Part shown: in pieces, positions 1 through 64,000 of the stretch
How positions within the stretch are numbered: the first letter of the stretch is position 1
Layout of the letters: every line of letters starts with the position of its first letter
Assembly (NCBI GenBank): GCA_964016885.1
Contig: OZ024742.1
Location: 261,888,001-261,952,000, forward strand
From: Eledone cirrhosa
Lineage: Eukaryota
Length of the DNA stretch: 64,000 bases
Direction of reading: 5' to 3'
The notes under the pieces: generated by a model
What the model was told of the DNA's origin: nothing
What the model saw: the letters and a program-made list of their open reading frames with translations, nothing else
The model's database searches: none
Position numbers and translations under genes: made by a program

Positions 1-1
1 T

Positions 2-63879
<63,878 letters not shown>

Positions 63880-64000
63880 CTGTTAAACATTAGAAACAAA
63901 TATATGTATGTTACAATGAAAACACAGTGAAGGAGAGAAGAGGGTTTGAATACAGAAATCTGAGAGGAAAACTTGGCATAAGACGAATTGGAAGTTGTGT

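Overview
AT-rich eukaryotic DNA; the repeat landscape ((GAT)n-tailed RTE LINEs, tRNA-type SINEs, (TA)n arrays) suggests an octopus/cephalopod genome, which is an inference. The whole window lies inside one minus-strand gene, SMG1, the PIKK-family NMD kinase. I traced 36 internal GT-AG exons (63879 to 95, 5657 nt, about 1885 codons) that splice into one uninterrupted frame covering FAT-like, FRB-like, kinase and post-kinase insertion regions. Both gene ends lie outside the window. The introns hold RTE and CR1 LINEs, two DD37D (maT) Tc1/mariner elements, piggyBac-like MITEs, SINEs, a Penelope RT relic and satellites. The top finding is a roughly 2.3 kb intronic element (36691-39024). It has two direct 181-bp repeats, each containing a type I hammerhead ribozyme fold with a variant CAGAUGA core, which flank a GC-rich RTE endonuclease cargo. 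The whole is wrapped in roughly 250-bp inverted arms carrying a third, truncated hammerhead and a non-inverted 27-bp block. A second, older three-hammerhead cluster (19930-20520) has the same layout. A CR1 3' UTR also shows an ADAR-like A-to-G substitution cluster.
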